A stretch of DNA of 32,315 bases from Candidatus Aminicenantes bacterium (GTDB lineage Bacteria; Acidobacteriota; Aminicenantia; Aminicenantales; Saccharicenantaceae): contig JAWOHF010000262.1 in the NCBI GenBank assembly GCA_046496285.1, forward strand, positions 1 to 32,315, written 5' to 3'. Every line of letters starts with the position of its first letter. The first letter of the stretch is position 1. Both the position numbers and the translations under genes were made by a program. The notes beneath the pieces are model-generated. The model did not search any database and had not been told where the DNA came from. It saw only the letters and a program-made list of their open reading frames with translations. Positions 9,489 to 17,368 of the stretch are shown here, one piece after another.

Positions 9489-11390
9489 ATGACGTTCTGT
9501 CGCGTCCTCATCTTTAGTCTGGGGATCTTTTTCTCCTTAAGCCCGGTCGTGCCCGCCCGCGAGCTCGCAGGCGCCGATACTATCGTCTCGTGGTCGCCCG
9601 CCGAGCCGCGCTGGGGGGACACCCTGGTCGTCACCTATGATCCCGGGGCGCCGAAGGCCGCGTTCGCCCTCGGTGACGAAGTCTTTCTCGCGTTCTATCT
9701 GAAGCCCCGGCATGGTATCCGGACGGTCAGGCTCGAACGCGAGGGGTCCGTCTATATCGGCCGTGTCGCCGTCGAGAAGGGCGTCTCCTTCCTCAAGGGA
9801 TTCATCGTCGGCCGTCACCGACACGACAGGAACGCCGACCTCGGCGTCATGGTCTTCCGCCCGGACGGGACACCCGCCCCGGGGGCCTGGCATGAAAAGC
9901 TCATCTCGGATTTCTCACCCGAAACCTATCTGGCCTGCTTCGAGAAAGAGCGGGCGCTCTATCCCGGGAATTTCTCCGTCTACCGGGACAAGTGGACGTT
10001 CGACGGCCTGGTCAAGAGGGCCGAGTTCCCGGCGATCCTGGAGAAGGACCTCGCCGAGATCGAGAAGAGCGGAGCGCACAAGGAACCGCAGATCCTTTTC
10101 TTCGCCCTGGCCTTCGGCAACTGGCGCGCCGGCCGAGAGGAGGCGGGGCGGCGATGGCTCCGCCGCCTGATCGAGACGGCCCCCGACGACTTCCTCGCCG
10201 CGCAGGCCGTCAGTGATTACTTCTATCAAGCCAAGTCCCAGCAGTGGACGAGTGAAGGCCGGGCCGAGGTCCTCGAGGCCGGGATCGGGCTCGTCGAGCG
10301 CGACCCGGGAGCGTCGGCCGCGCGCATGCTTATCGTGGTGAGCGAGATCGGCGGGAACCTGAGCCTTAAAACCGTCCGGGACGTCTGCCGCGCCTGGATC
10401 TCGGCGGAGCCCGATAATCCTCAACCTTATTTTTTCTTGGCTGAGGCCGAGATGTCCAAGGGCGGGGACCTCGCCGCCGCCGAGGCCGCCGCGCTCCGGT
10501 CGGCGGAACTGGCCCTCGCGGGACACCATTGGCTCTACGGCGATCTCGGGGACCACTGGATCAAGAGGCGTCTCCCGTTGACCTACGCGCTCCTTGCCCA
10601 GGCCAGGCGGGGACTGGGCCGATACGCGGACGCGCTGGCCGACATCCGGGCCGCGAAGGGCCTGACCAAAGAAACGCGTCCGGACTTCGCGGCCGTCGAG
10701 GCCTCGATCTGGGCCGACCTCGGCGCCGCGGACCAGGCCGAGGCCTGTTGGCTGGAGGCCCGCGCGCAGGGCCATCCGGGCGCCGAATCGGAGATCCGGG
10801 CGATCTACGAAAAGCGTCATGGAAGCCCGGAAGGGTTCGCGGAGTACTTGGAGAAGAAGCTGAAGGGGCCGGCCACGCCGCCCATGCCGGGCGCGCCGCG
10901 TGTGGCCGGTCCAGGTCCGGCCGGCGGGCGGAAGCCGGCGCCCGACATGGTCCTGAAGACCCTTGACGGCCGCGAGGTCAGCCTGGCCGGGCTGAAGGGC
11001 AAGGTGGTCGTCCTCAATTTCTGGTTCATCAACTGCGCGCCCTGCCGGGCCGAAATGCCCGGCTTGAACAAGCTCGTCGATGCCCATCGGGGCCAGGGCG
11101 TGGTCTTCCTGGGCGTCGCCACGGACAGGGCCGACGCCATCCGGGATTTCCTGAAGAAGTTCCCCTTCAATTACGAGATCGTTCCCGAGGGGACCGCGAC
11201 GGCCAACGCTTTCGGCGTATCGGTCTATCCCACCCACGTCCTCATCGACAAGGCGGGCAACATCTCCCACTTCCTGGTCGGGGGGGACGCCGGACGCCTG
11301 GAACAGCTGGCGGCCCTCATCGCCGCCCTGGCCAAGGAGCCCGGCGCAGGCACCGTACCCGGCGGAATCGAAGAGGAGGCCCGTCGTTGA
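9489..11390 (+). CDS. Exported TPR-like repeat protein with C-terminal TlpA/redoxin domain
   Basis: Signal peptide, Ala-rich helical repeats, then LAGLKGKVVVLNFWFINCAPC and YPTHVLID; GGAGG ribosome-binding site. Confidence 0.85.
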   Translation: MTFCRVLIFSLGIFFSLSPVVPARELAGADTIVSWSPAEPRWGDTLVVTYDPGAPKAAFALGDEVFLAFYLKPRHGIRTVRLEREGSVYIGRVAVEKGVSFLKGFIVGRHRHDRNADLGVMVFRPDGTPAPGAWHEKLISDFSPETYLACFEKERALYPGNFSVYRDKWTFDGLVKRAEFPAILEKDLAEIEKSGAHKEPQILFFALAFGNWRAGREEAGRRWLRRLIETAPDDFLAAQAVSDYFYQAKSQQWTSEGRAEVLEAGIGLVERDPGASAARMLIVVSEIGGNLSLKTVRDVCRAWISAEPDNPQPYFFLAEAEMSKGGDLAAAEAAALRSAELALAGHHWLYGDLGDHWIKRRLPLTYALLAQARRGLGRYADALADIRAAKGLTKETRPDFAAVEASIWADLGAADQAEACWLEARAQGHPGAESEIRAIYEKRHGSPEGFAEYLEKKLKGPATPPMPGAPRVAGPGPAGGRKPAPDMVLKTLDGREVSLAGLKGKVVVLNFWFINCAPCRAEMPGLNKLVDAHRGQGVVFLGVATDRADAIRDFLKKFPFNYEIVPEGTATANAFGVSVYPTHVLIDKAGNISHFLVGGDAGRLEQLAALIAALAKEPGAGTVPGGIEEEARR

Positions 11391-13153
11391 AAACACGGCT
11401 ATTTTTCGGTCTTCTAGCCATGGCGGCCGGACTGATCCTGCTCGGTTCGTCCTCCCCGGGGATCGTCGCTGGAGGGCTTTCCGGGAGCGGGCTTGGCGGC
11501 ATTCCCCAGGACCGCCGGCCGGTCCGTCCGGACCTCGACGAGAACGACCGCTGGCGCGACGGGAACTTCGACATGGACGCCGTGCTGGACACGCTGGACA
11601 TCCGGCCCGGCATGACGGTCGGGGACCTGGGCGCCGGTTGGGGCTATATGACCTTCAAGCTCGCCCGAAGGGTGGCCCCGGGCGGCACCGTCCTGGCCCA
11701 GGATATCGAAGCGAAATGGTTCGAGATCCTCAAGGCGCGGGCCGCGGAACGCGGCCTGACGAACATCGAGACCATCCTGGGGACGGAGACCGACCCTCTC
11801 TTCCCGGCCGGCCGGCTGGACATGATCGTCATGCACGCCGTCCTGCAGTTCGTCGCCGACCGTCCGGCGTTCCTCCGCAGGGCGGCGGCGGGGCTCAAGC
11901 TCGACGGACGCTTCGTCATCATCGAGGCGGAAAGCGCGGGGCCGTTGCCCGATGACGGTATCGCCGGCCCCGGCCGGCACCCGACGCGAGCCGGCTACCT
12001 CGAATTGTTCCGCCGCGCGGGCCTCGTCCCGGTTTCCGACGAAGCGCGCCCGACGAAAGATTCCTCCTCGTCCTCGGACCATTATCGGATCTTCGTTCTC
12101 AAACGGGCCCCCGCCCAGGACCTGGAGTTCACGCTGAGAAGGGAGGCCCTCGACCGGTCCGGCCTGCCGATCACTCCCGTCCAAGGGACCTTGGATTTCG
12201 GGGACGCGGCCCCCGGGGGGATCCTGAAGGTCCCGGCCTCGCTCGTCTCGGTCGGATACGCGGAGATCGTCCTCTCCGAGACCGTGAAACTGCTTGGCCT
12301 GAGAGGGACCGATGCTTCCGGCGCCGCCGCCTACGTGTTCGACCGGAACGGCGACGGGGACCTCGCGAACGACGCGCCCATCGCCTTCGACAGGGAAGGC
12401 GGTCCCGGTACGGCCGTCGTCACGATCGCCTACCGGGATCTTATTCGGGGAAAGCCCGTGCCCAAGACGACCGAGCTCGTGCTGCAGGAAGGCCGGGCCG
12501 GGCGCATCGAGTACCACTTCAACGAGCTCTGGCGTGCGAGCCTCCGCAACGGAGCGGAGACGCTCGAAGTGGCGCTTCAGCGCTGGCCGATCATCTTCAT
12601 GGACGCCAAGTTCGACGGCAGCTACGACAAGGTCTTCTTCGTCGAGCGCGAGGTCCTGGGCCTCGGGGGGAAGTTCTTTCGCCTCCGGCCCGACTTCGCG
12701 GACGAGACACTGCGCCTGGAGGAGGTCGACCGGAAGCCGGTCGACGCGGGCTATCCCGCGCCCGACTTCGACGCGGCCGTCTGGGGATCGGACGAGAGGT
12801 TCAAGCTCTCGGAACACCGAGGAGAGATCGTCGTCCTGACCTTCTGGTCCCCCCTGTGCGGCGGTTCGAGGGCGGAGGCCGAGCTCTACGACGGCTTGGC
12901 CGAGGAATTCAAGACGGACCCCCGGATCCGGTTTGTCGCCGTCGTCAGCGACACCGACGCTCTGGAGGATTTTCTGAAGGAGCGCCGGCTAGGATTCACG
13001 CATGTCGTCGATCCCGGTCTCTGGTCGACCTACGGGGTGACGGCGCCGTTCGTCACTTTCGTCATCGACGGCGAAGCTCGGATCGTCCGGAGGACCTTTC
13101 GCTTCGGTCCCGAGATCGGATCGGACTTGAGGAAGCTGGCCGCAAAACGATAG
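11387..13153 (+). CDS. Exported class I SAM methyltransferase fused to a CxxS redoxin domain
   Basis: TTG start overlaps the upstream TGA. N-terminal hydrophobic leader, VGDLGAGWG SAM motif, DRNGDGDL Ca-binding-like loop, C-terminal VVLTFWSPLCGGS. Confidence 0.8.
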   Translation: MKTRLFFGLLAMAAGLILLGSSSPGIVAGGLSGSGLGGIPQDRRPVRPDLDENDRWRDGNFDMDAVLDTLDIRPGMTVGDLGAGWGYMTFKLARRVAPGGTVLAQDIEAKWFEILKARAAERGLTNIETILGTETDPLFPAGRLDMIVMHAVLQFVADRPAFLRRAAAGLKLDGRFVIIEAESAGPLPDDGIAGPGRHPTRAGYLELFRRAGLVPVSDEARPTKDSSSSSDHYRIFVLKRAPAQDLEFTLRREALDRSGLPITPVQGTLDFGDAAPGGILKVPASLVSVGYAEIVLSETVKLLGLRGTDASGAAAYVFDRNGDGDLANDAPIAFDREGGPGTAVVTIAYRDLIRGKPVPKTTELVLQEGRAGRIEYHFNELWRASLRNGAETLEVALQRWPIIFMDAKFDGSYDKVFFVEREVLGLGGKFFRLRPDFADETLRLEEVDRKPVDAGYPAPDFDAAVWGSDERFKLSEHRGEIVVLTFWSPLCGGSRAEAELYDGLAEEFKTDPRIRFVAVVSDTDALEDFLKERRLGFTHVVDPGLWSTYGVTAPFVTFVIDGEARIVRRTFRFGPEIGSDLRKLAAKR

Positions 13154-13249
13154 CGCCCCATGCCGGGGCCTCCCGGCTACTGTTGCGCCAACGCGATAAT
13201 TTCCGTTTTATTGGGCTACCGGAATGCGGCCAAAAAAAGGGCCACGACC

Positions 13250-13537
13250 CGCCTTTCGGGCCTTGCCCCGGTGGGCGTTGGCGCAGAGTCCGTAGTAACG
13301 GACCATGACCTGGCCCTTGTCGGGAATATGAGCGGTCACCCGAGCGATGAACTCCAGGTAATCCATCCGTTCGAGCTCGGCGCCGTCGTCGCCTTGCCGG
13401 TAGCCGACTTTCGCCTCGCCCTCCAGGAACAAGAGGCGGTCCAAGGCCAGCACCGGCCGGACCATGTACTTCCCGACCCGCTCGGCCTCGGGCTTTGTCC
13501 GGGCCCGAACCCGGCTGTGGACGTTGAAGCCGGTATG
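13250..13537 (-). pseudogene. IS91-family (Y2) transposase fragment, catalytic-Tyr region
   Basis: HTGFNVHSRV...VGKYMVRP...LEFIARVTAHIPDKGQVMVRYYG...RGK, with the Y-x-x-R and HIP..RYYG signatures. No start codon and no HUH motif. Confidence 0.85.
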
Positions 13538-13538
13538 A

Positions 13539-14045
13539 TCAGTCCGCCATTTTGTAGCCACCGCTGATCCAGGCCTCGATTTCCGTGCCGCCGATGAGAT
13601 CGACCATCAGCCGCCTTTCCTTGATCAACGGCACCGAGAATTTCTCGGTCTTGGAATAAATGTCCTTAAAGACCATGATATGGGGGAGGCCGGGGATTTT
13701 CGCCGTATTCAGGTAGCTCAAAGCCAGCTCGTTCTGGTAAAAAGAACCGACCGAGATCTCGTCCCAAAGGCCGTATTTCCGGACGAAGACGAGCCCCTGC
13801 TCAATGTCCTTGTCCAGGCAGACCAGGACAAATTTCACGCCGGCATTCGGATATAATTTGGGAAACTCATTCTTGATGGTCATGATTTTTTCGATATTGG
13901 CCGGCATGTTACAGTACGCGCAGTCCGTCGAGCCGAAATAGAAGATGACATAGGTTTCCGCCGAAGGACTATGGGCGGCCGATTCGGCCGGGCCGAGGAG
14001 CGCGGCGGCGAGGACAAGAAAAAGGACGACCTGGCAAGCTTTCAT
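13539..14045 (-). CDS. Exported thioredoxin-like protein (CAYC)
   Basis: AGGAG ribosome-binding site before ATG 14045, signal peptide MKACQVVLFLVLAAALL, FYFGSTDCAYC and GLPHIMVF. Confidence 0.7.
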   Translation of the reverse strand: MKACQVVLFLVLAAALLGPAESAAHSPSAETYVIFYFGSTDCAYCNMPANIEKIMTIKNEFPKLYPNAGVKFVLVCLDKDIEQGLVFVRKYGLWDEISVGSFYQNELALSYLNTAKIPGLPHIMVFKDIYSKTEKFSVPLIKERRLMVDLIGGTEIEAWISGGYKMAD

Positions 14046-14138
14046 CGATGATCTCCTGCTCAGGAAAGAGGCTTCCGCCGGCAGGACCATGAATTTCCCC
14101 CGGCACGCGGAGCCGCTTTCCGTCGATACATGATTTGG

Positions 14139-14157
14139 GATAGGAATTCCCTTTTCC
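14139..14157 (-). mobile_element. oriIS-like end motif
   Basis: GGAAAAGGGAATTCCTATC, 18/19 identical to 15748-15766. The AATTCCTAT core resembles IS91/ISCR oriIS. Confidence 0.65.
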
Positions 14158-14217
14158 ATGCCGCCCGGGCCTCGGCCCGCTTCGAGCTCCGAATAGCCGC
14201 TTTCCATTGCGACAAAG

Positions 14218-14262
14218 AGGGTATCCCGGCCCCAGGCGGATGTCAATCTCTCGAAATCGAGC
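14218..14262 (-). promoter_or_regulatory. Outward promoter box, copy 1
   Basis: GCTCGATTTCGAGAGATTGACATCCGC, then TTGACA-17 nt-TACCCT; homologous to 15660-15705. Confidence 0.55.
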
Positions 14263-14304
14263 CGACAGCTATGGACCTAATTCCGCCTTCCCGGGCGGCG
14301 GGCT

Positions 14305-15459
14305 TCAACTCCAGGCCATGCGGAATACCTTGAAAATTTTCTGCCCCTCCCCGCCCTCCTCGACGCAATACAAGCGGCCGTTGCGGACCTTGAAGTACCC
14401 CCCGTTGAAATCCTGGAAGACCCGGATCGGCTGCCTCAGGATCAGTACGCCGTCGGGATCGAAGATATCGAAAATGAACTCCCCGGGTTGATCCGCCGTC
14501 TCGTAGGTCATGACATAGAGCCGGCCGGCCTCATCGGCGGTGAAACTGATAAAGGGCGGCATGTGAGCGGGAAAGTAGATCTTGTCCCGGATCGGCTTAT
14601 AATGGGGGGCGTCGAACTGGGCCAGAAATTCCTTTTTATGGGCTTCGGGAACCGGAACGGCAGCATGTTCCTTCCGAATCTTCCGGATCGGGCGGCCGTC
14701 GAAATCGTACACGAAGATGTCGTAACCCCGGTCCTGGTGGCCGGTGAAGATCCTGTCCCGGGAAACGCTCCAGGACTGGATATGATACGTGCCCCGGAGC
14801 CGCTCCCCTGTCATGGGATTCTCGATGAAGCCGGTATCGAGTCCGGCCTCGGCCTTCAGATCGGGGCCGGCCAATTCGATCGGGAATTCGAAGAGCGCTT
14901 CCGGTTTCGTGTCGGGTTTTCGTTTGACGGTGACATACGACCCGTTGGGGAGAGGGGCCGCGGCGATGAGATCCGGCGCAAGCGGCGTTTCCCGAAGGAG
15001 CGTCCCGTCGGAACCGAAGACCGTCAGCCGGTTGTTCCCCTCGTTGGTGACGGCGACATCGCCTCCGGCCGTGATGAACAGCGCCCCGACGCCCTGGATA
15101 TCGCCCGGACCCTGACCCCGCGGGCCAAAGGAGGCCGACGGCAGGCCGGACGCGTCGAACTTCAGGACCGCTGTTTCATGAGACCGGTCCGCGGCGAAGT
15201 AGACATTCCCCCCGGAATCGATATCGAAAACGCCGATGTCGGTCAGGCCGAAATCGGCGACCGCATCGTCGCCCGTGTCGAGCCGCCACTCCTCGGCCAA
15301 TTCCAGAACCGCCGGCGTTCCCTCCCGCTTCGCGGCCCCGAGCTTGTTCAGGACGATCTCCGTTCCGTCGGCATCCCGGGTCCTGGCGACGGCGGTGTCC
15401 TTCGACCCGCAGGATGTAAGCGCCGCAAGCGCCATCGCAAATACACAGAATTTCTTCAT
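14305..15459 (-). CDS. 6-bladed beta-propeller lipoprotein
   Basis: Lipobox MKKFCVFAMALAALTSC, NHL-like blades (FDIDSGGNVYF, FGPRGQGPGDI, DEAGRLYV); GAAAGGA ribosome-binding site. Confidence 0.8.
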   Translation of the reverse strand: MKKFCVFAMALAALTSCGSKDTAVARTRDADGTEIVLNKLGAAKREGTPAVLELAEEWRLDTGDDAVADFGLTDIGVFDIDSGGNVYFAADRSHETAVLKFDASGLPSASFGPRGQGPGDIQGVGALFITAGGDVAVTNEGNNRLTVFGSDGTLLRETPLAPDLIAAAPLPNGSYVTVKRKPDTKPEALFEFPIELAGPDLKAEAGLDTGFIENPMTGERLRGTYHIQSWSVSRDRIFTGHQDRGYDIFVYDFDGRPIRKIRKEHAAVPVPEAHKKEFLAQFDAPHYKPIRDKIYFPAHMPPFISFTADEAGRLYVMTYETADQPGEFIFDIFDPDGVLILRQPIRVFQDFNGGYFKVRNGRLYCVEEGGEGQKIFKVFRMAWS

Positions 15460-15517
15460 CGGCCGTGTCCTTTCATGAGAGATCGGATCCATCATGAATA
15501 AGACGAACGGGGCGAAG

Positions 15518-15536
15518 GATAAGAGTTTCCTTTACC
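15518..15536 (-). mobile_element. Degenerate oriIS-like end motif
   Basis: GGTAAAGGAAACTCTTATC, 16/19 identical to 15748-15766. A weaker copy, CAGGAAAAATCCTATC, lies at 15585-15600. Confidence 0.5.
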
Positions 15537-15659
15537 TTGAGTCGCTTACAGAGCACACAGCGTTTCATGCCCACCTCCAACAAGGATAGGATTTTTCCTG
15601 TCTCGCTTGATGTGTAGTCACCGGCCACGGACTTTCATCCATACTTCCCCAACTGACAT

Positions 15660-15705
15660 AAAATATACAGGCCTCGAGCGGATGTCAATATCTCGCGAAT
15701 TGAGC
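15660..15705 (-). promoter_or_regulatory. Outward promoter box, copy 2
   Basis: GCTCAATTCGCGAGATATTGACATCCGC, then TTGACA-17 nt-TATTTT. Confidence 0.55.
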
Positions 15706-15747
15706 TCATCTAGCTGCCGGTGGGCAGATAAACGGCTCGATCGAGAA

Positions 15748-15766
15748 GATAGGAATTTCCTTTTCC
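15748..15766 (-). mobile_element. oriIS-like end motif directly after the transposase C-terminus
   Basis: GGAAAAGGAAATTCCTATC follows the EKPPPV codons immediately. Confidence 0.7.
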
Positions 15767-15881
15767 GACCGGCGGCGGCTTCTCCGCGGCGAGCGTTAGC
15801 TTCCGATAATCGATGATCCGGTCCACGACGGAATAATGCGTCAGAATAGCAATAATCTTCATCCGGCCCCCACATCGAGAA

Positions 15882-15994
15882 CAGCGCTTCGCAGTCCTAA
15901 TTGAGGCTTCCGAATCAGTGCAGACGAGCGGATCAACCTTATAGACCTTCCGGATCAAGGCAACGCTTCGAAGTGCTTTTTGAGACTTTCGAAT
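15882..15994. repeat. Two copies of a ~34-bp direct repeat (15882-15915, 15961-15994)
   Basis: CAGCGCTTCGCAGTCCTAATTGAGGCTTCCGAAT vs CAACGCTTCGAAGTGCTTTTTGAGACTTTCGAAT; 27/34 identical by hand alignment. Confidence 0.7.
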
Positions 15995-17010
15995 TTCGGC
16001 CTCGCTCATCTTCTCCAGCTTATTCCCGGTCATCCGGTTATACCCCTCGGCAATTGCCTTTTCCAGGTCTTCGGATTTGGTCCGGGCTTTCAATTGGGCC
16101 AGCGGCTCGAGAAAATTCTTCTGAAGCATTCGCTCGATTTCCTCCGGGGACCGGGCCGCTTTTTCACGGGCGGGCATTGTGATGCTGCCGCCGGTTTCCA
16201 GCGCCTTGGTCCAGAACCTCTCGGGCGTCATCTCCGGCTCGACCTGGCAGGCCAGGGCGTAAAGGCCGGCGATATAGGGAATGGACCAGCTCCATCCCCC
16301 GTTCCGATAAAAGGTATAGTCTTCGAGACCCGTGAATCCGGCAACGGTCCGGGAATCCATGGGGATTAATAGCGTCTCGACGCTTTTCGATAGACCGCCG
16401 CCCAAGGAATGGAACTGGTCTTCCCACCAGGACCCGGGACCGTAGGACGCCGCAAGATCCGGATCGGCCAGAGGGTCACGGCCCAAGCCGTGAAAACGGA
16501 ACTTCTCATCGTAAGTCGGAGCCAGGGAAGAGGAAACGACGAAAAGGCCTTCCTTTTTTACCCGTTCGACCGCGGCGCGGACCTGCTCATAGCCCCTCTC
16601 CTTGGGATCCCAGCCGATGGACAGCGAGATGACCCGGATTCGCTCGGCCGGGGGCAATTTCTTTTGGATCTCGAGGAGACGGCGATCGAACTTGAAGAAG
16701 ACCCGCAGCCTCTTGGGGATGGTGAAGACGATCCAGTCAAGATACTTCTCGACCACCTCCTTGACGACCGGCCGGAAAAAGCCGTACTCCCGCTCGAAAC
16801 GACTCTCATACTCAGTCAGGAACCTGTCGAAATGATGGAAGAGTACCCGATAAAGGACCGTCCGCTCCGGATGCCGGGGACGATAGACTCCCGCCATGGC
16901 AGGAGAAAAGCCTCAAGAACCGGGCCAATGTCATGGATCGGACCACGTCTCCCTGGAAAGAGGCGATGACCGCGGCCCGGAAGGGCGAATCAGGACCCCA
17001 GGAACGTCCA

Positions 17011-17290
17011 CCGGCGTCGTCGAGGGCGACGCCGATGACCTATAGCCCGCCCTCTTCCTGGCCCTCGGCCGGCCCGAACTTCTCGAAGAGGCTTTGCAGG
17101 TGGGGCATGGCCTTGCGGCAGGGGACGCACCAGGTGGCCCAGAAATCGACGAGGACCGCGTCCGGATGGGACTTGACGGTCCGGGTCTCCCCCGCCGCCG
17201 TCTCGGAGACGGTCAGGGTCAGCCTCCCGTCCTCCAGGAAGACCGTGTATTGCCGGTTGTCGACGTCGAGGAGGGAGAACGGGATGAGCG
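17011..17290 (-). pseudogene. Truncated tlpA copy
   Basis: Ungapped match to 3497-3776, about 250/280 identical by hand count. No start or signal peptide, and an in-frame TAG at 17040-17042. Confidence 0.9.
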
Positions 17291-17293
17291 CGG

Positions 17294-17323
17294 TTGACAC
17301 CTCCGCCCGGCGTTCCTTACAAT
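17294..17323 (+). promoter_or_regulatory. Sigma70-type promoter for xylB
   Basis: TTGACA-18 nt-TACAAT, about 45 nt upstream of ATG 17369. Confidence 0.6.
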
Positions 17324-17368
17324 GAGCGCGATCCTTCACAGCGTGTCCATCGAGAGAAAGGCGGGCCC

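Larger units (their letters stand above)
15710..16897 (-). mobile_element. Chimeric ORF: IS91 transposase N-terminus + S8 peptidase fragment + transposase C-terminus
   Basis: aa 1-75 ([16 protein letters not shown]...VFTIPKRLR) are transposase-like with the Zn-finger region missing. 16672-15995 is subtilase-like (RVISLSIG, GGWSWSIPYIAG). ALIRKVYKVDPLVC..CSRCGGRMKIIA..EKPPP is the transposase tail. Confidence 0.75.
4900..17290. mobile_element. Accessory island shaped by IS91/ISCR-type elements (boundaries approximate)
   Basis: Four transposase fragments, three or four oriIS-like motifs, visibly more AT-rich stretches around 13.6-16.6 kb, and a truncated tlpA copy at the right edge. Confidence 0.5.

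Noticed and set aside
13195-13209. GATAATTTCCGTTTT as a further oriIS copy
   Set aside because: Needs a 3-nt deletion in the conserved core to align; too weak to call.
3104-14045. Selenocysteine recoding in the CxxC proteins
   Set aside because: All redox motifs use Cys or Ser codons; no in-frame TGA at an active site.
15882-15994. Repeat-spacer-repeat as a mini CRISPR array
   Set aside because: Only two copies at 79% identity, no cas genes or leader, and the 'spacer' is contiguous transposase sequence.
17040-17042. TAG read-through (pyrrolysine) in the tlpA copy
   Set aside because: The copy lacks both ends of the gene, so a pseudogene stop is the simpler explanation.
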